From Eukaryota sp. TZLM1-RC (Eukaryota; Protista; Metamonada: BaSk clade): a stretch of DNA of 64,000 bases. Both the position numbers and the translations under genes were made by a program. The stretch covers positions 2,832,550 through 2,896,549 of the forward strand of contig JAUPSS010000004.1 in NCBI GenBank assembly GCA_040285825.1, written 5' to 3'. Shown here one piece after another: positions 1 to 11,400 of this stretch. Under the pieces are notes generated by a model, which did not search any database, was not told the origin of the DNA, and saw nothing but the letters and a program-made list of their open reading frames with translations. Each line of letters opens with the position of its first letter. Position 1 is the first letter of the stretch.

Positions 1-1
1 C

Positions 2-2101
2 AGTGAGCATGTTGATCAAGTCAAACGAAATCCTTTTGTCGTTTCCAATAATCTGAGGGGAATTCGTTGTGTCTCTTCTTCATCCAAACACACACTTCTT
101 CTCACCTCCAACGGCCAAATTTATGCATGGGGAGACAATGCCTTTGGGCAAGTTCTTTTTAACGGTCCGAATCCTGTTAGACTCCCAGTTCGATTAGGTT
201 TACCCTCTGTTGCTTGCATTGCTGCTGGTCAAACACATTCTCTTGCTCTATGTGTTGATGGTTCGGTTTATGGGTGGGGAAAGAATGATTCCAAACAGTT
301 GACCATGTCCTCCAGACGAGAACTTCCTTTAACAAGAATTCCGCTAAACAGTTACTCTATCCACCGTGTCTATGCTGGCAATCGTTGTTCCTTTGCTCTC
401 ACTAATGACCGCAAGGTGATATATTGGGGCAACACACAGAAACCCAAACCAATTGCTGAATTAGTTGATGTTGTGCATTTCAGCAACCGTGGAGATCGAA
501 TTGCTTCCATTAATTCCAGAAGTGAGGTATTCATTGCTGAATTGAAACCATTTAACAGACAAGCATTTTCAGTTTACAAGTTGCTGATGGAAGTGACGTC
601 ACCTTACCTTGGTTTTATTCGCAAAATCAGTGCCTCGTCGTGTTCTCTGGGCGGTTCTTTCATCTTGGTACTCGACCGCGATGGACTGTTGTGGGAGCAA
701 AAGAAGGTGAAAAGTAGGTGGAGCTCACCAGTCAGCGTTAGAGCCCAGGAAACTGTTCAGTCTGTGCAGGCAAGTGATAATTATGCGGTTTTGATAACTC
801 AATCACGAAATCTTCTTTTATGGGGAAAATCCCCGCATATCAGGATGTTTCACCAGCAGGATCAGATTACGTCACATTCTGAGCCAATTGAGGGCGTTAG
901 TCTAGGCGATGATTACATGTTCGCCTATAACCAACATGGAATATGGGCATTGGGTCGTAACAGGGGACAGCTAGGAATAGAATCTACTTTAGAGATAAAG
1001 ACTCCTCTACGGTTATTTGGATCTGAAATTTGTGGAAATGCCGCCAAACCACGCCGAATTGTTCAACCAATGTATTCAGTTTTGATCAAAATCGTCTTTG
1101 CGAAATATTTAGAATATCTCGAGATCATTTTTGATTTGGCCCAATATGTGAAAGCTAGATTTATTTCCAAAACCAGTATTTCTTGCAGGACAACTGAGTT
1201 TGCAAGAAACATATTGCATTTTTGCAAGTTAAAACAATTCGTTATTAACCCAAAAAACACTGATCTGCTTGATTCTACAAGGTTGGAACTGCAGTTGACC
1301 TCCCCATTCATTGGGCAATTAACAGAAAACAGGTTAATTGATGAGCTCACTGTTTTTACTGATGATGCAGAAAGAGATTGGCCACTCTTGAATTGCTTTT
1401 CTGCAATAAGAAGGCTTTGCCTATATGAGCATAGATCATATGATGTTAGTTTTCAAAGGTTAGATTGTGTGAATTTTGTGAATCTGAGATATCTGGAGCT
1501 TGAGTATTCAATAACAGAACTTCCACAATTACCCATTTCATTAGAACGCCTTGTCCTCAATTGCGAACCAGCTTGGTGTGACATTAGGTATCTTACCTCT
1601 TTGAAAGAGCTCACAGTCCATAGTGGTATTCTATCCACCAGAATCATACGAGCTGAAGTACGATTACCAAACAGCATTAAAGTACTGCAGTTGACATTTT
1701 CTGAAGCCCAAAACAATCAGATCAGCTTAGGCCAGCTGAGAGAAATGGTCTGCATTGGAATAATCCCCAACAATTTGACAGAATTTCACTTTCCAAGGTT
1801 GAGTTCTCTGGTTTTAAGTCAAAGTTTGACTGGTCGAAATTTCACCCAACAGATCCTAAATAGCCTTGCTAGCAATGATTGTATTGAGAAGATTGTTTCC
1901 TTGCAACACAGGTATGTTTTCAAGCTGAGAAGTTTTCCTTGGATGATTCAATTTCCAAAGGATGCTCATTTTAATCGTTCAGTGCCAAAGATCATTCAAG
2001 AAATTAGAAGTCATAGGCGGAATGTTGTTTCTAATCAAAAGTCAAATGGCGTTTACTCAGACATTCAAAGTAAACAGTGTAGAATCAACTTTAACTTGTA
2101 A
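2..2101 (+). CDS. RCC1-repeat protein with C-terminal LRR-like region (5' partial)
   Basis: Frame is open from base 2 (HTLLLTSNGQIYAWGDNAFGQ, IAAGQTHSLAL..DGSVYGWGKN), giving RCC1 repeats. C-terminal half has LxxLxL / LPQLPISLERLVL LRR-like motifs. The C-terminus abuts a retroelement relic. Confidence 0.8.
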   Translation, partial: SEHVDQVKRNPFVVSNNLRGIRCVSSSSKHTLLLTSNGQIYAWGDNAFGQVLFNGPNPVRLPVRLGLPSVACIAAGQTHSLALCVDGSVYGWGKNDSKQLTMSSRRELPLTRIPLNSYSIHRVYAGNRCSFALTNDRKVIYWGNTQKPKPIAELVDVVHFSNRGDRIASINSRSEVFIAELKPFNRQAFSVYKLLMEVTSPYLGFIRKISASSCSLGGSFILVLDRDGLLWEQKKVKSRWSSPVSVRAQETVQSVQASDNYAVLITQSRNLLLWGKSPHIRMFHQQDQITSHSEPIEGVSLGDDYMFAYNQHGIWALGRNRGQLGIESTLEIKTPLRLFGSEICGNAAKPRRIVQPMYSVLIKIVFAKYLEYLEIIFDLAQYVKARFISKTSISCRTTEFARNILHFCKLKQFVINPKNTDLLDSTRLELQLTSPFIGQLTENRLIDELTVFTDDAERDWPLLNCFSAIRRLCLYEHRSYDVSFQRLDCVNFVNLRYLELEYSITELPQLPISLERLVLNCEPAWCDIRYLTSLKELTVHSGILSTRIIRAEVRLPNSIKVLQLTFSEAQNNQISLGQLREMVCIGIIPNNLTEFHFPRLSSLVLSQSLTGRNFTQQILNSLASNDCIEKIVSLQHRYVFKLRSFPWMIQFPKDAHFNRSVPKIIQEIRSHRRNVVSNQKSNGVYSDIQSKQCRINFNL

Positions 2102-2420
2102 CTTGTGTATTCAATAGATTAGAGATGTTTCCTTTGCGTTGTACTAAATTATGAGGGAAATTATCAGGCCAGATAAAGGAACAAAGCCTCATATTCAAAG
2201 TGTCAGTAGAATCAGTTAAGAGAGTGTCATAAACTTGAGGAATGGTTGTTATTAAAGCAGAACACGTACTATCACACATATTTGGTAACAGATTTGCAAA
2301 AACGAGATGTTTGTCCTTAGCTAGGCCAAGTCTAATCACTATCCAAACTTTCAAAAATAACCAACTTTTGTAGAAGCTTTTTACAAGAAAACTTTAAAGA
2401 ACAATTCGTTTGTGGCTTTT
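2095..2420 (-). mobile_element. Degenerate CRE-like non-LTR retrotransposon fragment (family 2)
   Basis: IRLGLAKDKHLVFANLL..MCDSTCSALITTIPQVY...MRLCSFIWPDNFPHNL aligns with VRLGMAKKKNPAFANFLLDVCDSSASCLINQVPRVY...MRLRSFWPDNLPHGL of 46362-47186. Confidence 0.75.
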
Positions 2421-2800
2421 ATTTGAATTAATATTTCATTGAACTACATCAATTTATAAAGTTAAATCAGAACTAATGAAGCACGATTTCCTCTACAAAA
2501 TCTGATCTTGATCTGCATCTTTTTCACCATTCTTCCTCTTGTTGGATGAAAGAACCTAGGTACAAAAATTTAATTTAATTTAAAGCACAATGAATTCGTG
2601 ACGGCTGCATCAAATATGGACTGGTGTTGGTATCAATTTTTTAAAGAACCAGCAAAATAATACACAAAATTGTAGTCAAGTGCCTTTGTTGCCTGATGTC
2701 AACGTTGAATCTTTCTAACTACATTTGGTTTTAAGGAGGAAACTTTTACAGAACTATAATCCTTAAAAAGTTTTAGTCTTCAAAAAATAGACTTTCCCAG

Positions 2801-4949
2801 ATGAAGATACCATCAACCTTCCGTAGGCCGTCTTTGATTCTTGCACTTGTTGCCACTATTGCATTTCTTGTACGACTCTTTGCAGTTCTGAGATTTGAAG
2901 CGATTGTTCATGAATTCGATCCTTGGTTCTCTTACAGAAGTTCCCTCTACCTCATTCAACATGGGTTCATCAATTTCTTAAACTGGTTCGATTCTGAATC
3001 ATGGTACCCTCTTGGCAGAATAGTCGGTTTTACTGTATGTTACAACTCCGATACAATTACCACAGGTGTATCCCGGTCTTATGTGGACTACTGCTCTGAT
3101 CTACAAGATCCTCCACTTCTTCCATATTTTCCTTGAAGTTCGCCATGTAGCAGTGTTCCTCGCCCCTTTGTTCGCCTCATTCACCGTCATTGTTGCCTAT
3201 CTCCTCACCAAAGAAATCTCAGAGGACAAGCGAGCTGGCCTCATTGCAGCTGCTCTCATTTCCGTTGTCCCTGGTTATATCTCTCGATCCGTCGCTGGCT
3301 CTTATGATAACGAGTGCGTGTCCATCTTTGCCCTGCTACTCGCCTTTTACCTCTGGAATCGGGCCTTAAAACTTGGTTCCATGTGGTACGGGGTTCTTGC
3401 TGCCCTTGGTTACTTTTACATGGCCGCCGCTTGGGGTGCTTACACATACATTTCAAACTTGGTGGCAATCCATGTGTTGGTCTTGCTTGTTTTTGGCTTT
3501 TACTCACATAGACTTTATGTCTCTTACACCACCCTTTACCTACTTGGAATGTTACTCTCCATGCAGATTAGGTTCATCGGATTCCTTCCAGTTCGATCTA
3601 GTGAGCATTTGCTCGCTTTTATGGCATTCTTGGCTCTACAAGGGTTTGGTATTTTCAAGTTTACTAGATCATTATTATCACGTGATCAGTTCAGAAAACT
3701 CTTGAAAACTCTTGGAATGATCCTAGTTTTCCTTTCCGTCATTGCAATCATCATTTCCCATTTCACGGGTTATTTAGCTCCCTGGACCGGTCGCTTTTAT
3801 GCCCTCCTCGACCCCACCTACGCAAAAAACCACATCCCCATCATTGCATCAGTTTCTGAACATCAACCTACCACTTGGGGATCGTACTTTTTTGACTTGC
3901 ATTTGTTAGTTATCTTTGCTCCTTTTGGCGTTTGGGCTTTGTTTAGAAAGGATTTAACCCCTCAGGCAGTATTTATTATATTGTATTTTGTAACTTCTGT
4001 TTATTTCACAGGTGTCATGGTTCGTTTGATGCTCATTTTGGCTCCTGTAATGTGCGTTCTTTCTGGTATTGGTATCTCTCATTTGTTAGCTCCACATGTA
4101 GAAAATCTTAGATCAAAAGGTGTAAGGAAGTCGTCTGAAGTCAAGAAGGACCAAAAATCTGAAAAGAAGGCCAAAAAAGGAAAGATTGTTAAAGGAATCT
4201 CCGGAATTCCTACATCAATCTCCCTTACCACCATTGTCTCCATCTGCATTTTGCTTGTTTTCTATGCCAGACATTGTGTGTGGGTTACTTCGTCCGCCTA
4301 TTCTTCTCCATCAGTAGTGCTTGCTGCAAGGGGTGGAGATGGTTCTAGGGTTATTTTTGATGATTTCAGAGAAGTTTATTCATGGATTAACCACAACACT
4401 AAACCAAACGCGAAAATCATGTCCTGGTGGGATTATGGATATCAGATTAGTGGTATGGCTAACAGGACGGTGTTGGTTGATAACAACACTTGGAATACGT
4501 CACATATTGCTACTGTTGGTAGAGCAATGGCGTTACCAGAAGAAAAGGCAATCAAAACACTTAGAGAATTAGATGTTGATTACATCTTAGTTTTATTTGG
4601 AGGAATGTCTGGTTTTGCTTCTGATGATATTAATAAGTTTTTATGGATGGTTCGTATCGGTTCTAATGAATTTGGTGATATTAAAGAATCTGATTACTTG
4701 ACTGAAAGGGGTGAATATAAGATTGACAAGGAAGCTCCTCCAGCAATGCTTAATAGTTTATTGTACAAGATGTGTTATTATAGATTTGGCGAGGTTCAAT
4801 TTGATTACAGACAACCTTCTGGATTTGATAGAGTTCGTAATGCTGAAATTGGCAATAAGGATATCTCTTTTGATTATATCGAAGAGGCATTTACTTCCAG
4901 TCATTGGTTGATGCGAGCTTATAGAGTAAAAAAAGAAACTGAGTTATAA
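2801..4949 (+). CDS. STT3: Oligosaccharyltransferase catalytic subunit STT3; exons 2801-3034 and 3066-4949
   Basis: HEFDPWF, WYPLGRIVGFT|VYPGLM, SVSEHQP, WWDYGYQI, VDNNTWN and DINKFLWM motifs. Splicing out 3035-3065 joins the two ORFs in frame. Confidence 0.97.
3035..3065 (+). other. 31-nt spliceosomal intron in STT3
   Basis: GTATGT...ATTACCACAG, phase 0. Removal restores the conserved GxTVYPGLM. Confidence 0.92.
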
Positions 4950-5867
4950 GTTTTCCAACTAATAAATTTCTTATGTAGTTGCGTTGTTTTTGATACAAAA
5001 TATATTTCACAAAACTAAAAATTGATTAATTTGATGTATTTGCATCAAACGTCAGATACAAATTATTGAAGAATCAATAAATTATACTTGAAAACGTTCA
5101 CAAGTAAAATGTTGGTTTATGTCTATTTTTTATTTCGTTATTTAGTTCCTCTGTTTCTATTGAATATTGACTCTACTAAACTCAGTTGATTTTAATGAGC
5201 TGCCAACATCCAATCTCCTTAATAGTTCTATCAAATATTCCCACAAAGTCTTCGCTGTTGTTTCTCGTGGATCAAAATTACTATGAATGTGTCTACGACT
5301 TTGATAAATAGACCAATCAAATCACTCATTATTACGTTCATTGGTGACTTGATTATTGAGTATTATTGTTGCAATTGTCAACAATAATCATGCTGCAGGA
5401 GGCCTAATGGATGCACAATAGGGGAGAGTTGTTCTGAGGTTGCTTTTCAGTTAACTTCAACCTGCAGGCAGCTACTGTGGCAGTAATCTGCATAATTCCC
5501 ATTTATAATACACTAAACTTTTTTTAATTTATTTGATTAGTACCCATACCTTTTTTCGACATATTAATTTGGCTTCATGGTAAACAAAGCATCATTGAAC
5601 TTTCTCTTCAGAGTACTGGTCCACCTATTTTTCGTTTTCATTAGTCTCAACCTGTTTGGGAATGAAATTTTACTCTTCCTGACATGTCATTCCACTCACC
5701 TGCATGGAATCTGTTTAACTACACAATGTTCAAGGTCAATTTTTCCAATTGTTACATTTGACAGATATATACTTGTTTAAATCCAAAAACAAAGAAGTTG
5801 CAAAACTAAATAATAGAAACTGGAAAACTAAAATACACTTTTATACAAAAAAAGCTATGAAAAAAAC

Positions 5868-8309
5868 TTAATAAAAATCAGTTATACTTAAAGGCAGCAA
5901 TTCCGAATTGTCGTTTTTTCTTCTTATGAAAAAAGTTCTGTACAATAATGGGAATAAAATACTAAAAAAGAAGGCAAAGATTGACATTAAAACAGATAAA
6001 ACAAACAGCACCCCAAAAACAATCAAGACTACAGAGCTACTATCTTTAGCTACAGGAACTGCTATTGGTTGAGTTGCTTTCGGAAAATCAACTTCAGATA
6101 ATAGAAAATCTTCGTGCCAAACAGCGTTTGAATGAATAAGATGATTCCAAAACAAATTGAGACTTTGTATCTTTGGGAACCACTCTGAATCTTCGGTAAT
6201 TCTTGTGCTATTCACATAAGTGGGATGTGGTCGCTCAAAAACTAATCTTTTTGAACCTGCCCAATCAACTCTAACAATCTGATCACGTGTACCAAGCTCA
6301 GCTCCAGTATTGATAAATGACAAGGTATGCCTAGTTAGATTGGTATTCAGCAACGATCTTCCAATGGAATGCGACGTCAAGTCCTTCGTAGCACCTCCTA
6401 GTTCCAGAATAGTGGAAATGACATCAAATGCTGAAGCCGCAGAATAAATTTTAGTACCTTTTTCTGGTATTTTAAGCTTTGAACGTCGTTCATCATCCCC
6501 AAAGAACCCCAAAGTAGCAGTTGTGTAAAACATTTGATCATTTTCAAAGGGTGAGATGGGACAACCTTTGCACTCTGGTTCCAAGCCAGTAACTCTGTAA
6601 GCCGCATGATCTCCAATGAAAACCAAAACAGTATTGTTAATTCGATCTCTTGTTTTTAAGAAATCAATAAACTTTTTAACTAAATAGTAATCAGAATACC
6701 GTAACGTTCTGTTATATTTATCAAATTGATCTTCTGGGAGAGGACTTCCAACGACTTCTTCACTATCAAACGTGGTATAAGGATTATGAGAGGAAACCGA
6801 AAGAAACCAACCAAAAAGAGGGTGATTTTCGACATTATTCCTATCAAAATTTCTGATTTGATCGCTAAATTGATTGATTCCGATACGATCATTATTCCAA
6901 ATGGAGGCATACTTTTCAGCTAGTGGCGTAGGGTGCTCCATGCTTGAAGGGTCATTCGCATATTCAAAGTAATGCTCATCAAACACATCTTTACTCAGCC
7001 AACGATCTTTTCCATCAAAATCTGGGTTTGCAGCAGAAGAATAGATTGAAGTGTAATTGGAGTGACGCTTTAATATTTTGGTAAAGGGATCAAAATTGAT
7101 TGATAAGGTGTCGAGAATAGAGTTACCATGAGCAAGAGGCAGAGCTTGGTTTAGCATTGACCACCATGAATTAGCAGTAGGGCAACCATTGGAGACAACT
7201 TCATGAAACAAAACTCCATGTTGTTGGAAGAATTCGTCAAGATATGGTGTGGAGTTTTCCATAAGAGGAGAATCAACAGAGGAATGTGCATTACCAGAAA
7301 AAGACTCCCACAAGATCAAAAAAATATCAGGAGGGTCAGAATCGTCGTGATTGTTGACGTCATCAGTCACGTCATCATTTATGTCGTGATTGTAATCAAA
7401 AAACGTACTATTTCCATACCCACAGACATTTAAATCCTCATTAAACTGGCAATATTTACTTTTAGGGCCAAAAACCAAAGGAAATTCCTCTGAAATCCAA
7501 AACATTCCCTCGGGCAAGGGAAACATTTCTCTAAACAAAACTTTCCCTTCTAGAAACTTACTGGCTGGAATAGAAGGTAATCTGAAAAAGAAATAAGCAT
7601 CTACTGGCTTTGTCGAGAGAATGATTGGGTTATTACTAAATCTAAGTGCAGTAGCGGTGGGGGAGAGAGCAATGATGAGAGAAATGGTGAAGGAAACGAG
7701 AAAGAATAGACGAATATTAGGAAGATATGAGTCGTTAGTCAGCTTTTTTAACCTTCTACGGAGCATAAAATCAACCACAGATAAAACAAAAATAACTGAA
7801 ATAACAATAATAATGGAAATTAAAGTGACTTTGGGGGCTAAAGAATGTGCAATTCGAATGGTATCTAGCACCATGTCTACAATGGAACTAGCTTCAGTAG
7901 TGGTGGACTGACCATAGTTATGGATGGTAGAGGGGGTGAGTTGCTGTCCAGAAGTGATTGTGAAGAGGAGATTTGAGATGGGAAGAAGAAAGAAGACAAT
8001 GGAGATGAAGTATAAGAGAAAGTAGAAACCGAACAGCCGTAAGTTGAGGGCGGTGAATACGAAGAAACAGAGGCCAATGACGAGGATGTAGATGGAAGAA
8101 GTTAGGACAAACCATTGGAAGAAAGTTTTGATCATGGAGAGAAACAGTGGTGAAAAGAAGACGCGGCCACCAAAGGTTACAAAAAAGCCAAAAATATGTA
8201 TGCCAAGACGAAGAACGAGAGCCAGGAACAAGGGGAAAACAAAGTGCCATTGCTTGAGACACTGTTTACGTTCAGAAATGGTCGGTTCAATAAGACGGTT
8301 TAGCTTCAT
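5868..8309 (-). CDS. Multi-TM sulfatase / LTA-synthase (LtaS)-like alkaline-phosphatase-superfamily protein
   Basis: About 5 N-terminal TM segments, then DIFLILWESF, CPTANS (candidate catalytic Thr), SVSSHNPY and VFIGDH, plus a C-terminal TM. Confidence 0.8.
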   Translation of the reverse strand: MKLNRLIEPTISERKQCLKQWHFVFPLFLALVLRLGIHIFGFFVTFGGRVFFSPLFLSMIKTFFQWFVLTSSIYILVIGLCFFVFTALNLRLFGFYFLLYFISIVFFLLPISNLLFTITSGQQLTPSTIHNYGQSTTTEASSIVDMVLDTIRIAHSLAPKVTLISIIIVISVIFVLSVVDFMLRRRLKKLTNDSYLPNIRLFFLVSFTISLIIALSPTATALRFSNNPIILSTKPVDAYFFFRLPSIPASKFLEGKVLFREMFPLPEGMFWISEEFPLVFGPKSKYCQFNEDLNVCGYGNSTFFDYNHDINDDVTDDVNNHDDSDPPDIFLILWESFSGNAHSSVDSPLMENSTPYLDEFFQQHGVLFHEVVSNGCPTANSWWSMLNQALPLAHGNSILDTLSINFDPFTKILKRHSNYTSIYSSAANPDFDGKDRWLSKDVFDEHYFEYANDPSSMEHPTPLAEKYASIWNNDRIGINQFSDQIRNFDRNNVENHPLFGWFLSVSSHNPYTTFDSEEVVGSPLPEDQFDKYNRTLRYSDYYLVKKFIDFLKTRDRINNTVLVFIGDHAAYRVTGLEPECKGCPISPFENDQMFYTTATLGFFGDDERRSKLKIPEKGTKIYSAASAFDVISTILELGGATKDLTSHSIGRSLLNTNLTRHTLSFINTGAELGTRDQIVRVDWAGSKRLVFERPHPTYVNSTRITEDSEWFPKIQSLNLFWNHLIHSNAVWHEDFLLSEVDFPKATQPIAVPVAKDSSSVVLIVFGVLFVLSVLMSIFAFFFSILFPLLYRTFFIRRKNDNSELLPLSITDFY

Positions 8310-8341
8310 TAGTAACAGATATTGTCTATAACAATGAAATA

Positions 8342-8430
8342 AGTGTCCTTTTTACACTGATGTAGAAGGAGATTTGAGGAAGATTCACTCCTTGACTCCT
8401 TTTTCCAGGAATTTTTGTCAACCTTGACTC
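8342..8430 (-). ncRNA. Candidate omega-RNA scaffold of Fanzor A
   Basis: Lies at the 3' end of the ORF. Nested stems GGAG/CTCC and AGGA/TCCT (8368-8399) and terminal hairpin AGTGT-N7-ACACT (8342-8358). Stems are short and found by eye. Confidence 0.4.
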
Positions 8431-11400
8431 TCTGCAGGTATCATGGTCTATCTCCATCATTTACATGTGCTTCCATCACTGCCAACATATTCAGCGAAAC
8501 ATTTCGATCTCTATTCCACAAACTGTCGCATGATTTACACATGGTAAGCCTGTGACGAATAGACATCTCATGCCTTTTCCATGGCCTAGGACTTCTGCAC
8601 CATCGGAATTTTTCAACTGTTCTCTCCGCTTTCTTACAGTTAAAACAACAGCAACTGGTTCGAAACTCATCAATTAAAAAACCTTATAACTAGCCTTTTT
8701 AAATAGAATTCTCAAACCTTTTCCCTTGGTAGGTTCTTTGAATTTCATGTTTTTCGTTGTTACCAGTCTCCGATTCCAATAACTACTTGGCCTGGATCAC
8801 CAATTACTGATTTGAATTTCTGAATCATCTTTGCCTCAGATCTTGTGCGATTAATCTCAGCCCTCCATCTCAGTTTCCTAAATATTTTTTGATGATGGAC
8901 TTCACCAACAATAGTATTCACAAAATTCTTTTGTTTAATATACTCCATAAATCTATCAAGTCTGCAGCTTTTGGAATTGAATTGGGATAAAGTTGCTTCC
9001 CATTCTGCTACAGATTTAGTCGTGTGATCATTATTTCTCAAATTGAATGAGCAATCAATTGCGTGGGGAATATTGATTTCTTGAGGTACTTCACCTCTTA
9101 ATAAACTAATTGTTCTTTCAGTCATTTGATTAATTTTACTGCTGTTTAAATCCATCCTTTGTTGGTTGCTCTTCAGATGGTTCATAATTGGATAGATCAA
9201 TCACTCTACCAGTAGAGTTACTTATTGTGCTAAGAGTGTCATTCCGTATGCTGTCTCTTATTCTTTTGAATTTGGAACTTTTCGACTCAAATTTTTGTTG
9301 ATTTTAAGTGTACCTGAAATCAACATATTTATCTCTCTCAGGTTTTTTTGAATGAGTCATTCCAGTAGCTAAATTGGCAGAAAAATGGAGTAGATCAGAT
9401 TTTCCTGGATCAGCAGCAGCTAAGGTCATATCTTGGAATTCAGAAAGATTGATGCTGGGGTCGTCAATATATTTTTCTTTATCTTTCAATTCTTTTGCAG
9501 TTAATTTGTACTTTTCCAAGTCCATTCTAGATTGAATGAATGATACTGATATTCCATCAGTCTCGATGCTAGACATGATGTACTTGGAATTTTTTGAACA
9601 AAGCTTAGTGTTTTTAATCTTATGCATTTTGAAAAAGGTATTCCATAAAACCAAATCAGCAGCTTGATTATTGCATTGGTAGGAAGACTTTTGACCAAAA
9701 ACGTCCTCGAATTCGACAAAGAACATGTCCAATCAACTTGTGTTGTAAATTCTGATATACGAGGGAATACAAGAATTCTTCAAAGGCAGAGCATGAAAGA
9801 ATTTGCTCTCCTCATCTTCTCAATAATTATTAATATAAAACATTGCCCTCAAATAGTAATTTTATTTTGACGAAAATTCAAATTTTGAATATTTTTCTTT
9901 TTTGGAATTGCTGGGATGTAAAAGAGGGATCTGGTCATTAATGAAAAGCGCAGTAGTTGATGAGACTTTGTTTCTCATTGCAGTAGTTCCATCATCAATA
10001 TCTCTACATCCTTCTAGAAGGGGAGATTTAACTTTGCTGATGAACGATGGGGAATTTTTCTTATCTTGCTTTTTCAGGACATTGATGTTTCTATTAACAT
10101 CATAAACAACATCAACAAACCGATCGTAGTAATCAAAGTAATGCTCTTGGATGTTATTTTTGAAATTCACAATCAGTTTGTCAATTGTTGATTATTTTTA
10201 CTAAACTAACACACTTGACAAAATTAATTCATAACTAATGGGACGAAATTCAATGAACCAAAATTTCTTCTATAAAATTTTGATCTGCTTGCTGTCTCGT
10301 TGAAGTTCTCTAATTCGATTGAAAAACCGAGGTAATCTATTAACATTGGCAAATTGAATCTGAAAACGCCATAAAAAAATATCAAATCTTTTCATTGTTT
10401 TATCTTGAACCATTTTTTGGAAGTCATCCAAAAAAGTTTCTGCTTCATCTAATAATCTTCCGTTTATCGAAAATGGGAAAGCAATAAAAACCAGCTGTGT
10501 ATTTCTATCAGCACTAGCATCTGTGATATCCTTGTCATATTTTCTATGTTTTTCTTTAGCTTTAAATTCAAGAGCACTTACAGGATTAAGTTTTCTTCTT
10601 TGAACCAAAGTGTCATTTGCAACATTACAGGAGACAAAGGCAACAACAGCTTTAGAGATCTCAGTCCAATCACAGCATACATCAGATCCAAAATTATTCA
10701 ATGACGCTGTTTGATACACGAAATTCTTGCAGTTCGTGCGATATTAAAAACAGTGTCTCTAACAGCATCATGTAATGAAGAACGATAAGTGATCAATTTA
10801 GAACAATTCAGAGCATGGTGCAAAATGAGCTGTGGTGAATTCGAATAAATACATTTTTTTGATAATAATTGATTAATGGGAATATTCAAATATAATCTCA
10901 TTTTTGTTACAAACGCTTCATAATTAGCACACAGTTCAAATCTTCGTGGCACAATGGTCACAAACAGTGAAATATCTGATGACTTGTTTTCACAAACACC
11001 TTTTTCAATTAACAATGAGTGGAGAACTTGATTTAAAACAGCCGAGCTGCATATATTTTCATAAAGATCATTTTCTTACATTGCGGCTAGTCGTTTCTGT
11101 AATGTTCGAAGAGTGTATTTTAAATTTGGAAAATTTTTTCGCGAATATTGACATTGGATGATTGGGAAAACATCGACCCCATTTATCCACCTCGAATTTT
11201 GGAATTTTTGAAAATTGAAGACTCTGAGGAGAACCAATCAGGAGACATTTGCTCGCATTGGGATAAAGCGTAATATTTTCACATGAGTCGAAATTTTTTT
11301 TGAGGAACCAATTGTAGTAAATCAAATAAACCAATCAGGGATATATCATCAATATAAGCAACTATTTTTAGAGAAGGGTATTTTTGCTTAATGATATTTG

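Noticed and set aside
2801-3136. Separate 111-aa gene or programmed frameshift before STT3
   Set aside because: Fully explained by the 31-nt GT-AG intron.
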